Assembly: GCA_036399015.1 (NCBI GenBank)
Contig: DASWNW010000086.1
Coordinates: 722 to 64,721 of the forward strand
DNA: 64,000 bases
Source of the DNA: Thermoanaerobaculia bacterium
GTDB taxonomy: Bacteria; Acidobacteriota; Thermoanaerobaculia; Gp7-AA8
Direction of reading: 5' to 3'
How positions within the stretch are numbered: the first letter of the stretch is position 1; every line of letters begins with the position of its first letter. Position numbers and translations under genes: made by a program. Below are positions 49,036 to 59,121 of the stretch, piece by piece. Below the pieces are notes generated by a model. It was not told the DNA's origin. It saw only the letters and a program-made list of their open reading frames with translations, and searched no databases.

Positions 49036-50694
49036 ATGAGGCTCCTCTTCGGCGACTGCACGTTCGACTCGGATTCGCGCACGCTGGCGCGCAACGGCGA
49101 GCCGGTGCGCGTGACCGGCAAGGCGTTCCAGCTCCTCGAGCTGCTGCTCGCGGCCCGGCCGAAGCCGGTCGAGAAGACGGAGCTCTTCGCCAAGCTGTGG
49201 CCCGACACGTTCGTCTCCGAGGCGAACCTGGCCAGCCTGGTCAAGGAGATCCGCGCCGCCATCGGCGACGATGCCCGCGCCCCCCGCTTCGTCCGCACCG
49301 TGCATCGCTTCGGCTACGCCTTCAGCGGCGCCGTCACCGAGACGCCGGAGCGCAACACGATCGACTCGATTGCGGTGCTGCCGTTCGCGAATCGCTCCGG
49401 CCTGACCGACCTCGACTACCTCGCCGACGGCCTCGCGGAGTCGCTGATCAACACGCTCGCCTCCATCGAAGGGCTGCGCGTCGCGCCTCGCGGGTCGTCG
49501 TTCCGCTACACGGAGAACGATCTCCCCGCGCTGCGGCGGGAGCTGAACGTGCGCGCGGCGCTCACGGGACGCATTCGCGTGGTCGGCGACTCGGTGCAGT
49601 TGCAGGTCGAGCTGAACGACCTGGTGCGCGACGCGCAGCTCTGGGGGCGGCAGTTCCAGGCGCCGCTGGCGGGGCTCTTCGCACTGGAGGAGGAGCTCTC
49701 GCGCGACGTCGTCACGGCGCTCCGCTTCCGCATCACCGGCGAGACCGACCGCCGCCTGCGCAAGCGCTACACGGAGAACGCGGCCGCGTATCAGCTCTAC
49801 CTCAAGGGACGGCACCACTGGAACCGCCGTACGGCCGAGGGGATCGAGCGGGCGATCTTCTTCTTCGAGTCGGCGATCGGCGTCGACGCGGCGTATGCGC
49901 CGGCGTACTCGGGACTCGCCGACTGCTACATCGCCCTCGCCAGCCGCGATCTCTACCCGCCGTTGCAGCTCTTCCCGAAGGCGGAGGCGGCGGCGCGGAA
50001 GGCGCTGGAGCTCGATGCGGAGCTGGCCGAGGCGCACGCGTCGATGGGAGCGATCCACGAGGTCTTCCACTGGAATTGGGAGCGGGCGCTGGAGGAGTAC
50101 GTGACGGCGCTGCGCCTCAATCCCGGCTACGTGACGGCGCGGCAGTGGTACGCGCTGGCGCTCGCGCACCGCGGAAGGATCGCCGAGGCGCTGGTGCAGA
50201 TGCAGGTGGCGGCGGAGGGGGACCCGCTGTCGTTCATGATCAACGCGAACATCGCGGTGATCCACTACCTCGGCCGCGATTACGAGTTGGCGGTCGAGCA
50301 CTGCCACCGCGCGCTGGAGATCAACCCTCACCACGAGCCGGCGCACTTCACCCTCGGCCTGGCGATGCAGCAGCGCGAGCGGCCGGAGGAGGCGCGCGCG
50401 GCGCTGGAGAAAGCGCTGGCGATCTCCCGCGGCGAGCCGCACGTCGTCGCCGCCCTCGGCGCCCTCGACCGCGATGCAGCGGCGCTGGAGAAGCTCGCCG
50501 AGCTCTCCCTCACCCGCGACGTCTCCCCCGTCCACTTCGCCACCGTCCACACCGCCCTCGGCGACCACGACGCCGCGCTCGACTGGCTGGAGAAGGCGAG
50601 GGAAGCCCGCTCCGGCTGGCTCGTCTACCTGAGGACGGAGCCGCGGTTCGATCCGTTGCGTGGGGATGAGCGGTTCACGCGGTTGCTGAGCTGA
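49036..50694 (+). CDS. CadC/OmpR-family winged-helix transcriptional regulator fused to TPR domain
   Basis: Start Met220 of ORF 48379..50694; trans_reg_C-like N-terminus (..VRVTGKAFQLLELLLAARPKPVEKTELFAKLWPDTFVSE..RFGY), then TPR repeats. Confidence 0.7.
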   Translation: MRLLFGDCTFDSDSRTLARNGEPVRVTGKAFQLLELLLAARPKPVEKTELFAKLWPDTFVSEANLASLVKEIRAAIGDDARAPRFVRTVHRFGYAFSGAVTETPERNTIDSIAVLPFANRSGLTDLDYLADGLAESLINTLASIEGLRVAPRGSSFRYTENDLPALRRELNVRAALTGRIRVVGDSVQLQVELNDLVRDAQLWGRQFQAPLAGLFALEEELSRDVVTALRFRITGETDRRLRKRYTENAAAYQLYLKGRHHWNRRTAEGIERAIFFFESAIGVDAAYAPAYSGLADCYIALASRDLYPPLQLFPKAEAAARKALELDAELAEAHASMGAIHEVFHWNWERALEEYVTALRLNPGYVTARQWYALALAHRGRIAEALVQMQVAAEGDPLSFMINANIAVIHYLGRDYELAVEHCHRALEINPHHEPAHFTLGLAMQQRERPEEARAALEKALAISRGEPHVVAALGALDRDAAALEKLAELSLTRDVSPVHFATVHTALGDHDAALDWLEKAREARSGWLVYLRTEPRFDPLRGDERFTRLLS

Positions 50695-50743
50695 GGCGAT
50701 CCTTCAGGCCGGCAGGCGACCGGTTGCGCGTCGGCCGCGGCAG

Positions 50744-51232
50744 GTGTCCAACCGAAAAATGCCGATCCTCGAGCGAACGTTCGTCGTGGCGAATACCACC
50801 GCCAGGAATCGCGCGCCCGAGCATTGGCTCCGCTTGTTCGGCGCCGTCTGCGCCACGCTGCACTTCGTCGTCTTCATCGTCGTCGTCTCGATCGTACCGA
50901 TCGTCCCGCTGCCCGCCTTCATCGACTTCCCCTCCGCCGCCTCCGCAGAGAAGTCTCCTGAGTTCGAGCACGACGTGACCGTGACCGTGCGCGCGAATGG
51001 CGACGTGTTTCTGCAGTCCCGGCCAGTCGCGATGGCGTCCCTTGCGCGGGAGCTCGAGGCGTCACGCCTTCATCGCCTTCACGCGCCGGTGCTTCGACTG
51101 CGCATCGACCGGTCGGCGCCATTTGGCGTTGTCCGCGGCGTGGCCGTCGCTGCCGGCGTCGCCGGCTTTGAGCGCGTCACGGTGATGGTTCGGCACATCC
51201 CGTCGGCGGAGGCGCATATCATCCGCCGATGA
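50744..51232 (+). CDS. ExbD/TolR-like membrane protein (weak)
   Basis: N-terminal TM followed by periplasmic segment VTVRANGDVFLQSRPV..LRLRIDRSAPFGVVRGVAVAAGVAGFERVTVMV. Confidence 0.3.
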   Translation: MSNRKMPILERTFVVANTTARNRAPEHWLRLFGAVCATLHFVVFIVVVSIVPIVPLPAFIDFPSAASAEKSPEFEHDVTVTVRANGDVFLQSRPVAMASLARELEASRLHRLHAPVLRLRIDRSAPFGVVRGVAVAAGVAGFERVTVMVRHIPSAEAHIIRR

Positions 51233-52089
51233 TCGTTCGCCGCCTTCTCCTCATCCTGACCATCCTCGCGACGCTGCCCGGTGTTGCGGAGGTCGTGACC
51301 GATGCTGACGTGAAGGCGTATCACGACTGCGTTACAGCCGCGTCCGATCCAGACGGCACTCCCGGGAAAGCCGTTGAGCTGTGTCTCGGACCGGCGAAGG
51401 TCGGCATCCCTGGCGCTCAGTACGCGCTCGGCGCCTGGCTCGTCAACAGAAACGAGGCTGGCGATCGCACGGCCGGCATCCAGTGGCTGGAGAAGTCGGC
51501 CGCGTCGGGCAATCCCGCGGCGGCGTTCACGCTGGCCGGTATTCTTCTGCAGGAGGAATCGCCCGCAGCGCAAGCGCGAGGAAGCGCCGCTCTCAAAGCA
51601 GCGGTCTGTGCGGGGTATCCGCATGCGCTCGCCGCGCTTCGCGACGGTGGCGTGGAACGGGCGAACGTTGGTTGTCCGCCGGTGCCGGAAGAGGACTTTA
51701 ACGGTGAATGGCTTGCCGACCTGAAGCCGGTGAAGAACGGCGCAGCGGCTGCCGAAGCCGAGAAGTACCAACTGAAGGTCGTCATCGAGGGCGACGTGCC
51801 GCGCGTGTTTGCAAACGACGACGGCACGTGGAACGAGGTGAAGCCGGGTCGCTTTACGCTCGAAAAGCACGGGCAATCGGCCACGGTCGTCGCGATCGAC
51901 CGCGGGTGGGATTTCGACGGCGAATGGATCGAGTCCTGGACGATTCAGCTTCTCAGGACCGCGCCTGATGAAGCACACGTGGCGTATCTGAGAACCGTCA
52001 ATAATCCCTATATGCCTCGAACGTTCGAGTGGCGAGCGTTCTCGTCGTTCTCCGAGGGAAGCGCCCGGCGTGCGAAGCGGCCCACATAG
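51229..52089 (+). CDS. secreted Sel1-like repeat protein
   Basis: Signal peptide; Sel1 repeats (GAQYALGAWL.., GNPAAAFTLAGILL..). Confidence 0.55.
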   Translation: MIVRRLLLILTILATLPGVAEVVTDADVKAYHDCVTAASDPDGTPGKAVELCLGPAKVGIPGAQYALGAWLVNRNEAGDRTAGIQWLEKSAASGNPAAAFTLAGILLQEESPAAQARGSAALKAAVCAGYPHALAALRDGGVERANVGCPPVPEEDFNGEWLADLKPVKNGAAAAEAEKYQLKVVIEGDVPRVFANDDGTWNEVKPGRFTLEKHGQSATVVAIDRGWDFDGEWIESWTIQLLRTAPDEAHVAYLRTVNNPYMPRTFEWRAFSSFSEGSARRAKRPT

Positions 52090-52789
52090 TGTTGACCGGA
52101 TGAGCCACGCCGCGCCGTCGACGCTGAGGTACATCGCTCGTGTTCTCACCGGTCGCTTTACCGCGGACGACGTGGCGCTGGCCGGCACGCCGCACCTCCT
52201 CGTCGGGCTCGCGTTTACGTGGCTCGCCGGCGTCGGCCGGTACTGGGACAATCCGCGCGCGAGCCTGCTGCAACATCTCGGGGTGGGGTCGCTGGCCTAT
52301 GTCGTCGTCCTTTCCGCCTTCCTCTGGTTGCTGTTGTTGCCGCTGCGGCCGGCGCGGTGGTCGTACCGCTCGATCCTCACCTTCATCTGCGCGGTGTCAC
52401 CGCCGGCGATTCTGTACGCCGTACCGGTCGAGCGGTTCCTGTCGCTCGAGAGCGCACGCACGGCCAACGTCTGGTTCCTCGCCGTCGTTGCCGCATGGCG
52501 CGTGACGTTGTACGTCATCTTCCTCGCGCGCTACGCGGCATTCCGCAACCTGCATCTCCTCGTCGCGTCGGCGTTACCGCTCTCCCTGATCGTGGCAGGC
52601 CTCGCGGCTCTCAACCTCGAGAAAGCGGTGTTCGACGTCATGGCGGGCCTCGATCCCGCCGCGGGCACTTCGGCAGACTCCGCGTACGCCGTACTGTTCC
52701 TGCTGACGTTCATCGCGTTCACTGTCGCGCCGGCAGTGGTCCTGCTCTATCTGGTGGCGATTTTCGTTTCGTACCGCGCCTCCCGCTGA
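52070..52789 (+). CDS. hypothetical polytopic membrane protein (start uncertain)
   Basis: ORF 52070..52789 with 6-7 hydrophobic helices. Confidence 0.4.
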   Translation: MRSGPHSVDRMSHAAPSTLRYIARVLTGRFTADDVALAGTPHLLVGLAFTWLAGVGRYWDNPRASLLQHLGVGSLAYVVVLSAFLWLLLLPLRPARWSYRSILTFICAVSPPAILYAVPVERFLSLESARTANVWFLAVVAAWRVTLYVIFLARYAAFRNLHLLVASALPLSLIVAGLAALNLEKAVFDVMAGLDPAAGTSADSAYAVLFLLTFIAFTVAPAVVLLYLVAIFVSYRASR

Positions 52790-52863
52790 GACGAACGCTG
52801 CCGCCGCGCCGCGCAATGCGGCTACTGCCTTGCATTGGCAAGTAGCAAGGAGCAGCGAAACCA

Positions 52864-53298
52864 ATGGGACTTTTCAAAAATATCCTCAACAAGATTTTTC
52901 ATGCGGGCGGGAATGCGGAAGCGCCGCCTGACGCGCTGAAGCCGGGGCAGGGTACCGAGTCGCGCGTCGAGACGGCCGCGCGGACCGGAGTGCCGATCGG
53001 CACCGCCGGCGCACAGGCGGCGACCGCTACCGCGAAAAACGTCGACGTCGAGGCGATCCTCAATGGTTTGGCCGCGAAAAACCCGGAAAAACTCGACTGG
53101 AAGCACTCCATCGTCGACCTGCTCAAGCTCATCGGCATGGACAGCAGTCTCGGCGAGCGCAAGGAGCTCGCCGCCGATCTCAAGTACAGCGGCGACACGA
53201 ACGACTCGGCGACGATGAACATGTGGCTGCACAAGGAAGTGATGCGCAAGCTCGCGGAGAACGGCGGGAGGGTCCCGGCAGAGCTGTTGGCTCACTGA
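52864..53298 (+). CDS. DUF3597 domain protein
   Basis: 144 aa; N-term MGLFKNILNKIF and C-term LDWKHSIVDLLKLIGMDSSLGERKELAADL..MNMWLHKEVMRKLAENGG match DUF3597. Confidence 0.65.
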   Translation: MGLFKNILNKIFHAGGNAEAPPDALKPGQGTESRVETAARTGVPIGTAGAQAATATAKNVDVEAILNGLAAKNPEKLDWKHSIVDLLKLIGMDSSLGERKELAADLKYSGDTNDSATMNMWLHKEVMRKLAENGGRVPAELLAH

Positions 53299-53305
53299 GA
53301 CCATC

Positions 53306-53848
53306 ATGACCTCCGTCCTCGACGCAGTTCGCCAGCAACTCGGACCCGACACCATTCAACAATTGAGCGGCGCCCTCGGCGCCGATCCCGCCACGACGTC
53401 CAACGCCATCTCTGCCGCGTTGCCGGCGCTGCTCGGCGGTCTCGCGCAGAACGCGGCGCAACCGGAAGGCGCCGCCGCGCTCGACAGCGCGCTCGACCAG
53501 CATGACGGCAGCATTCTCGACAACCTCGGCAGCGCATTTGGCGGCGGCGGGAACGGTGCCGGCGCCGGCGCGCTCGGCGGCATCGGCGGCGCGATTCTCG
53601 GCCACATCTTCGGCGGCCGGCGCGGCCCGGTCGAAGAGGGCGTCGGCAAGGCCTCGGGCCTCAATGCCGCGCAGGTCGCTCAGCTCATGGCCCTGCTCGC
53701 GCCCATCGTGATGGGAGTCCTCGGCCGGATGAAACAGACGAAGAAGCTCGACGCGAATCGCCTGCCCGAAGTCCTCAACGACGGCGGCGGTGGGGCGGTC
53801 GGCAGCTTAGGCTCCATCCTCGGCGGGTTCTTCGGGCAGAAAGCGTGA
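53306..53848 (+). CDS. DUF937 (YidB-like) domain protein
   Basis: 180 aa Gly/Ala-rich; MTSVLDAVRQQLGPDTIQQLSGALG..ISAALPALLGGLA typical DUF937. Confidence 0.6.
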   Translation: MTSVLDAVRQQLGPDTIQQLSGALGADPATTSNAISAALPALLGGLAQNAAQPEGAAALDSALDQHDGSILDNLGSAFGGGGNGAGAGALGGIGGAILGHIFGGRRGPVEEGVGKASGLNAAQVAQLMALLAPIVMGVLGRMKQTKKLDANRLPEVLNDGGGGAVGSLGSILGGFFGQKA

Positions 53849-53925
53849 TGCCGGCGCCCGGCAAATCGTAAAGTCACACGGCTCGCCTCGCGCCTCGCGA
53901 GGCGGGCCAACTGCCCCCACCTCAC

Positions 53926-54186
53926 GATGGATATGGGGTCATGTCCATCGCCACGGCCGCGACGATGTGAGCGCGTCCGCCCGTACTCGCGAGGGACATG
54001 GGGTGATGTCCCTCGCCGCTGCCGCGACGACGTGAGTGCGTCCGTCCGTGCTCGCGAGGGACATGGGGTGATATCCATCGCGGCTGTCGCGACGATCTGC
54101 GTGACGCCGCCGCGGCGCAAATCGAGGTCGAGTGACCTCGAGCGCGACGTCCGTGGGACTGACGATGGACATCCCCCCATGTCCCT
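53926..54186. repeat. array of four 24-bp palindromes (GAGGGACAT-N6-ATGTCCCTC type) within ~64-bp tandem units upstream of serine-hydrolase gene
   Basis: P1 53926, P2 53990, P3 54056, P4 54163; inter-palindrome segments also mutually similar (gccgcgacgatgtgagcgcgtccg..ctcgcgag). Confidence 0.7.
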
Positions 54187-54278
54187 CGCGGCCGCGGCGA
54201 CGATGTAAAAGAACGTCACGGTCGCTCGCGCATCGCAGCCGCCCCGTCCCGCCAACGACGCGTGCGACAATCGCGTCC

Positions 54279-55172
54279 ATGCGCCTGATCCTGATCCTGC
54301 TGCTCGCTCTCCCCGTCAGCGCGAGCTACCGTGAGTTCATCGACCTGCTGCCCGACCCGTCGATCGAGACGAGGTTGCGCATGGCGGCCGACGCGACGCT
54401 GAAGGCGTATCCGAAACTGAAGGCGGACGATCTCGCCATCACCGTCATCGACGTCACCAAGCCGGCGCTGCTCGCCCGCGGCGACTATCACGGCGACGTC
54501 CCGTTCTACCCCGCGTCGGTGATCAAGCTGTTCTTCATGTCCGACGTCTTTCTGACCAGGAAAGAAGCGGTCGGCGACGTCCGCCGAGCGCTGAAGGAGA
54601 TGATCGTCGTCTCCGACAACGACGCCACCGCCTACCTCGTCGACATCCTCGCCAACACCGTCCCCGGTCCGCCGCTGCAGGGGCGCGCGCTCGACCGCTA
54701 CATCGGCCGCCGCCGCGAGATCAATCGCCGCTTCGAGCGCCTCGGCTACACCGGCAACGTCAGCGCGATGATGAAACCCTGGAGCTTCGGCCCCTACGGC
54801 GTCGACCTGCAGGTCCTCGGCGAAAACCGCGTCAACCGCAACAAGCTCACCGCGAACGCCACCGCGTCGCTGCTGCTCTGGATCGTCCGCCGCCGCGCTC
54901 CCGGCGCCGAAGAGATGATGTCGCTCCTCGAGCGCCCGCTCTCTCCCGTGCGCGAGGAGGAGAACCAGGTCAAGGAGTTCATCGGCGAGGCGCTGCCGAC
55001 GACGGCGAGACTCTGGTCGAAGGCGGGGTGGACCAGCGAGGTGCGCCACGATGCCGCGTACGTCGAGCTCCCGGACGGGCGCAAGCTCATCCTGGTGATC
55101 TTCACACGCGGCACCGCGGACGACCTCACCCTCATCCCTGCGATCGCGCGGAACGTGCTGGAACAGCTTTGA
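54279..55172 (+). CDS. class A beta-lactamase-like serine hydrolase
   Basis: Start Met50 of ORF 54132..55172; signal peptide; SVIK (SxxK), SDN, KAG(W)T motifs. Confidence 0.65.
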   Translation: MRLILILLLALPVSASYREFIDLLPDPSIETRLRMAADATLKAYPKLKADDLAITVIDVTKPALLARGDYHGDVPFYPASVIKLFFMSDVFLTRKEAVGDVRRALKEMIVVSDNDATAYLVDILANTVPGPPLQGRALDRYIGRRREINRRFERLGYTGNVSAMMKPWSFGPYGVDLQVLGENRVNRNKLTANATASLLLWIVRRRAPGAEEMMSLLERPLSPVREEENQVKEFIGEALPTTARLWSKAGWTSEVRHDAAYVELPDGRKLILVIFTRGTADDLTLIPAIARNVLEQL

Positions 55173-56082
55173 GCGCTGCCTCGAGCGCCTGCTCGGCCGG
55201 CACCGCGACGTCGGGAATCACGCCCGTCGACTGCCATCCGGTGCGCGTCTTCGGGTGCGTCACCGTTCCGATCGACACCGACACCGTGTAGCCGCCGCCG
55301 ATGTCGACGAAGCGGTTCGGCCGGCCGCCGCCGCGCGTCTTCGCGCCGACCACCTTCGCCCGGCCGTACTGCTGCAGCAGGTATGCGAACGCTTCCCCCG
55401 CCGAGAAGGTCTTCTCGCTGATCAGGATCGTCAGCGGCACATTCTCGAACTTCCGCGTCGGCGTCTCCATGACGTACCCGGTCATCGGCTTCGGCATGTG
55501 CCGCGTGCGCATCGTCATCAGCTCCCGCCCGTCCGCGGGAAAAAAGTAGCTGGCCAGGAAGTCGACGAGGTGCTGCGAGCCGCCGCCGTTCTTCCGGAGG
55601 TCGACGATCACCGACGACGCCCCCTCGATGACCTTCATCGCATCGGCGAGCTGGTCCTGCGCCGCGGGCGTCGGCTGGAACGTCGGCACCTCGATGTAGC
55701 CGACGCCTCCGTCGAGCATGCGCGACGACACCACCGCGACCGGGCCGGCACTCTTCTTCGGCACCTGCGGCGCGTCGAGGCGCGCGCGCAGCTCGTCCCG
55801 CGAGAGCAGCGGCTCCGTGGCCTTCGCCTCGTTGAACTTCACGTTGAGGTGGCCGTCGTCTTCGATCGACCAGAGGGCATCGGTGACCGCCTTCGCGAGC
55901 GCCGGGCCGGCGAGCGTCGCGTCCAGCTTCTTCGCGCGCAGCGCCGCGGCGATGGCGCGTCCGCGCTCGGCGTCGAAGAACGCCTCCTCGACCACGAACG
56001 CGGTCGAGTCGAGCACCTGCGCCGGCTCTGCGGCGGAGGCGGTGAGGGAGAGGAGAACCGTGAGGAGTGTCAGGATCTTCAT
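55132..56082 (-). CDS. S41 family peptidase (C-terminal processing peptidase-like), secreted
   Basis: 316 aa; signal peptide; VIVDLRKNGGGS and SAGEAF S41 motifs. Confidence 0.8.
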   Translation of the reverse strand: MKILTLLTVLLSLTASAAEPAQVLDSTAFVVEEAFFDAERGRAIAAALRAKKLDATLAGPALAKAVTDALWSIEDDGHLNVKFNEAKATEPLLSRDELRARLDAPQVPKKSAGPVAVVSSRMLDGGVGYIEVPTFQPTPAAQDQLADAMKVIEGASSVIVDLRKNGGGSQHLVDFLASYFFPADGRELMTMRTRHMPKPMTGYVMETPTRKFENVPLTILISEKTFSAGEAFAYLLQQYGRAKVVGAKTRGGGRPNRFVDIGGGYTVSVSIGTVTHPKTRTGWQSTGVIPDVAVPAEQALEAALKAVPARSARSQG

Positions 56083-56123
56083 GCGCCGAGCCTAGGAGGC
56101 TCTCATGAAGAAATGATGAACCT

Positions 56124-56492
56124 CTAGGCCGCGCACTCCCGGACGCTCGCCAGCAGCGCGTCGACGTCGAACGGCTTGCGCATCACCGCGTGCACCTGCG
56201 ACACGTCGAAGCCGTTCAGCGTGGCCTGCGACGCGGCGGTCAGGACGATCACCCGCGGCGACATGGCCGGCCGCTCCGCGTTCAGGAAACGGATGACGTC
56301 GAAGCCGAACTGGCCCGGCAGCATCAGGTCGAGCAGGATGGCGTCGTATCCGTTCGTGCGCAGCATCCGCACCGCGTCGTTGCCGTCGCCGCAGACTTCG
56401 GGCGAGTAGCCGTCGCGCGACAACAGGGTCACCAGGAACGAGCGGATGGCGGCGTCGTCTTCGACGATGAGTACCTTTTTCTCCGGGGACAT
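56124..56492 (-). CDS. single-domain response regulator (REC)
   Basis: 122 aa CheY-like; D-D..D(55)..T..K signature (VLIVEDD, ILLDLMLPG). Confidence 0.8.
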   Translation of the reverse strand: MSPEKKVLIVEDDAAIRSFLVTLLSRDGYSPEVCGDGNDAVRMLRTNGYDAILLDLMLPGQFGFDVIRFLNAERPAMSPRVIVLTAASQATLNGFDVSQVHAVMRKPFDVDALLASVRECAA

Positions 56493-56549
56493 GGACGAGC
56501 ACAGTGTGCCCGATCGTGCCTTCCAAATCTGTACGAACCCGTACGATCG

Positions 56550-58244
56550 TCAGGCCGGTTTGCCCCAGAAATAACCCTGGCCGTACTCGATCCCCAGCGA
56601 CCGCACAACCTCCAGCTCGCCAGCCGTCTCGATCCCCTCGGCGACGATGGCGCAGCCGAGCGTCCGCGCCACCCCGACGTACCGCCGCAACTGCTCGATC
56701 CGGGCACGGTCGCCGACGATCCCGATCACACACCGCTTGTCGATCTTGATGATCTCCGGCTGCAGCAGGATCAGGCTCTCCAGGCAACTGCTGCCGAAGC
56801 CGACGTCGTCGATGGCGATCATCACCCCCGCCGCCCGCAGCGCCTGCACCGCCGGCAGCAGGTACGACGGGTCGCCGATGATCTGCTGCTCGCTGATCTC
56901 CAGGCAGAACGTCTCCGCCGGCAGCGGCTTCGGGAAGAGGTCGAGCAGATGCTCCACCGGCACCGCCAGCAGCGTGGTCGGGAAGATGTTCAGGTGGAAG
57001 CGGGCATACGGCGGCAGTTGCATGGCCGCGCTCATCGCCGAGCGGAGGCAGGCGTGGTCGACGAGCGTGAGGATGTTCTTCTCCGAGCAGACGCGGAAGA
57101 AGTTCTCCGGCAGCTCCAGGCCGCCGTTCGAGTAGCGGCTCAGGAACTCGTATCCGATCGGGCTCTCGCCGGCGAGCTCGAAGATCGGCTGCTTCACCGT
57201 GAGGATGTGCCGTCCGCGCGAGAGATTGCCGCACATGTCCGTCTGCGCGCGCATGCGGCGGTCGGTGTCGTCGAAATCGGCGGCGGCCGACACGACCCGG
57301 TTCTTCCCCTCGCTCTTCGCCCGCGCCAGGAGCATGTGCGCGCGCGCCAGCAACTGATCGACCGCCGGCATGTCCTCGGTGAGCAGCATCGCGGCAATCG
57401 AGGCGGTGAGCGTCACCGTCCCGGTGCTGTGCTGGATCATCGCCGTGGCGATCGCCAGGCGGATCCGCTCGGCGACGCGCATCACCTCGGCCGGCTCGGT
57501 CTCCGGCAGCAGGAGCATGAACTCGTCGCCGCCGATGCGTCCGACGTAGTCGACCGCGCGGATCGACGCGCGCAGCCGCCGCCCCACTTCCTTCAGCACG
57601 ACGTCGCCCGCCGCGTGGCCGAGGTGGTCGTTGATGTGCTTGAAGTCGTCGAGGTCGACGAGCAGCACCGCGCTCGACGCCGCCGCGCGGTTCATGTGCT
57701 GCACCTCGCGCGAGAGCGCCTGCTGCAGTCCGCGCCGGTTGAGCAGCTCCGTCAGCGGCTCGACCAGCGTGAGCCGCTCGAGGTCGCGGTTGACGTTCTC
57801 CAGCTCCTTCTTCACCCGCGCCAGGTCGCGCACGCCGCGGTGCCGCTCGACGGCATAGCGGATCGAGCGGATGAGCGAGTCGAAGTCGATCGCCCCCTTG
57901 CGCAGGTAATCCTCCGCGCCGAAATGCAGCGCGTCGCTCGCGAGCGTGTCGTCGCCGCGGCCGGTGAGCACGATGACCGGGATCTCGTGCACCGCCGCCT
58001 CGAGCCGGATCAGCGCCTGCAGGTCGGTCGCGTCGGGCAGGCCGAGGTCGAGGATCACGACGTCGAGATCGCCGCCGCGCACCGCCTCGCAGGCGGCGGC
58101 CGCGCTGGTGACGTGCCGGATCGTGAACTGCGGATCGCCCGACACCTCGAGCAACGCGCGCAGGGAACGGGCCGAGCTGAGGTCGTCCTCGACGATCAGC
58201 AGCCGAAGGACGTGCGCCGCGGTAGCTGAATGAGAGACTGCCAT
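56550..58244 (-). CDS. response regulator with REC, GGDEF and EAL domains
   Basis: 564 aa from ATG 58244; GGDEF motif RIGGDEF; EAL-domain motifs (EFLSR, DDVGFG, EGIE..GQGYFW). Confidence 0.85.
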   Translation of the reverse strand: MAVSHSATAAHVLRLLIVEDDLSSARSLRALLEVSGDPQFTIRHVTSAAAACEAVRGGDLDVVILDLGLPDATDLQALIRLEAAVHEIPVIVLTGRGDDTLASDALHFGAEDYLRKGAIDFDSLIRSIRYAVERHRGVRDLARVKKELENVNRDLERLTLVEPLTELLNRRGLQQALSREVQHMNRAAASSAVLLVDLDDFKHINDHLGHAAGDVVLKEVGRRLRASIRAVDYVGRIGGDEFMLLLPETEPAEVMRVAERIRLAIATAMIQHSTGTVTLTASIAAMLLTEDMPAVDQLLARAHMLLARAKSEGKNRVVSAAADFDDTDRRMRAQTDMCGNLSRGRHILTVKQPIFELAGESPIGYEFLSRYSNGGLELPENFFRVCSEKNILTLVDHACLRSAMSAAMQLPPYARFHLNIFPTTLLAVPVEHLLDLFPKPLPAETFCLEISEQQIIGDPSYLLPAVQALRAAGVMIAIDDVGFGSSCLESLILLQPEIIKIDKRCVIGIVGDRARIEQLRRYVGVARTLGCAIVAEGIETAGELEVVRSLGIEYGQGYFWGKPA

Positions 58245-58288
58245 ACAGTACGGATACAGCCGCGCCGGGCGGGCGAACGTGACGGCGG

Positions 58289-58927
58289 TCACGCCGGACG
58301 CAGCGCGAGGCTCTCGCGCCGGCGCAGTACCTCCCATCCGAGGAGCGCGAAGCTCAGCCCGAGCGCCACGTCGCAGGCCCCCAGCGCCCACTCCAGCCGC
58401 ACCGCCCGCCCGACCGGGAACAGCACGCCGCCGGCCACCAGCAGCGCACCGATCGCGCGGTGTACCGGGGCGGTGGCGACCAGCGCCGCGCCGAGCACGA
58501 TCAGCCCGAGCGGGAACATCAGCCCCATCGGCACGATGCTCAGCCAGACGACCGGCGCGGCGGTGAACATCTTGTCCAGCGTGTCGGCCGGCACGCCGGT
58601 GACGCCGCTCTGCAGCAGCGACTCCAGTTGCCCCAGGACGATGATCCGGCAGCCGACGGTCCAGCCGGCGATGGTCAGCGCGCCTCCGATCAGCCCCGTA
58701 CGATCGGCGCGCGCGCGCAGCAACTCCGCGATTCCGAACACGACGCCAACCAGCAGCACCATCGTGAACGGCACCACGAACCCGCTCGCTGCGATCCTCG
58801 CGGGAGACGCCGGCCCGCCGCGCGCGATCAGATGCGTGAGCGGATTCGAGAGAAACAGCAACGCCAGCGCCGCGAAACAGAAGCCGGAGAGGATGCGCCG
58901 GCGGGTCACGTCGTTCGATTCGGTCAT
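58289..58927 (-). CDS. hypothetical membrane protein
   Basis: Start Met17 with GGAGGAAG RBS; 5-6 TM helices. Confidence 0.45.
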   Translation of the reverse strand: MTESNDVTRRRILSGFCFAALALLFLSNPLTHLIARGGPASPARIAASGFVVPFTMVLLVGVVFGIAELLRARADRTGLIGGALTIAGWTVGCRIIVLGQLESLLQSGVTGVPADTLDKMFTAAPVVWLSIVPMGLMFPLGLIVLGAALVATAPVHRAIGALLVAGGVLFPVGRAVRLEWALGACDVALGLSFALLGWEVLRRRESLALRPA

Positions 58928-58981
58928 GAGCTTCCTCCAACTGACGTAGCGACGTGGGCGAGGGAAAGTGTTCACTCTGAT

Positions 58982-59070
58982 GTTGTCGGTTGTCGGTTCT
59001 CAGTTGTCCGGGGCTCCTCGTCACCCCAACACCGCAGACAACCGACAACCGACAACCGACAACCGACAAC
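58982..59070. repeat. GTTGTCG / CGACAAC tandem-unit hairpin repeat in divergent promoter region; followed by direct repeat cgcaggccgcgcc x2
   Basis: gttgtcggttgtcggttctcagttgtcc-loop-gacaaccgacaaccgacaaccgacaaccgacaacc. Confidence 0.75.
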
Positions 59071-59121
59071 CGCGGCCGCAGGCCGCGCCCGCAGGCCGCG
59101 CCGCCTGCTACCATCTTCCCG

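Noticed and set aside
50744-51232. Calling 50744..51232 a bona fide ExbD forming an ExbB-ExbD-TonB system
   Set aside because: No ExbB-like gene is adjacent and the similarity to ExbD/TolR is only a general TM-plus-periplasmic-domain pattern. It is left as a low-confidence feature rather than a system-level finding.
53926-54186. Possible CRISPR array (regularly spaced palindromic repeats)
   Set aside because: The segments between the palindromes are themselves mutually similar, so these are tandem duplications rather than unique spacers. There are only four units with irregular last spacing and no cas genes nearby.
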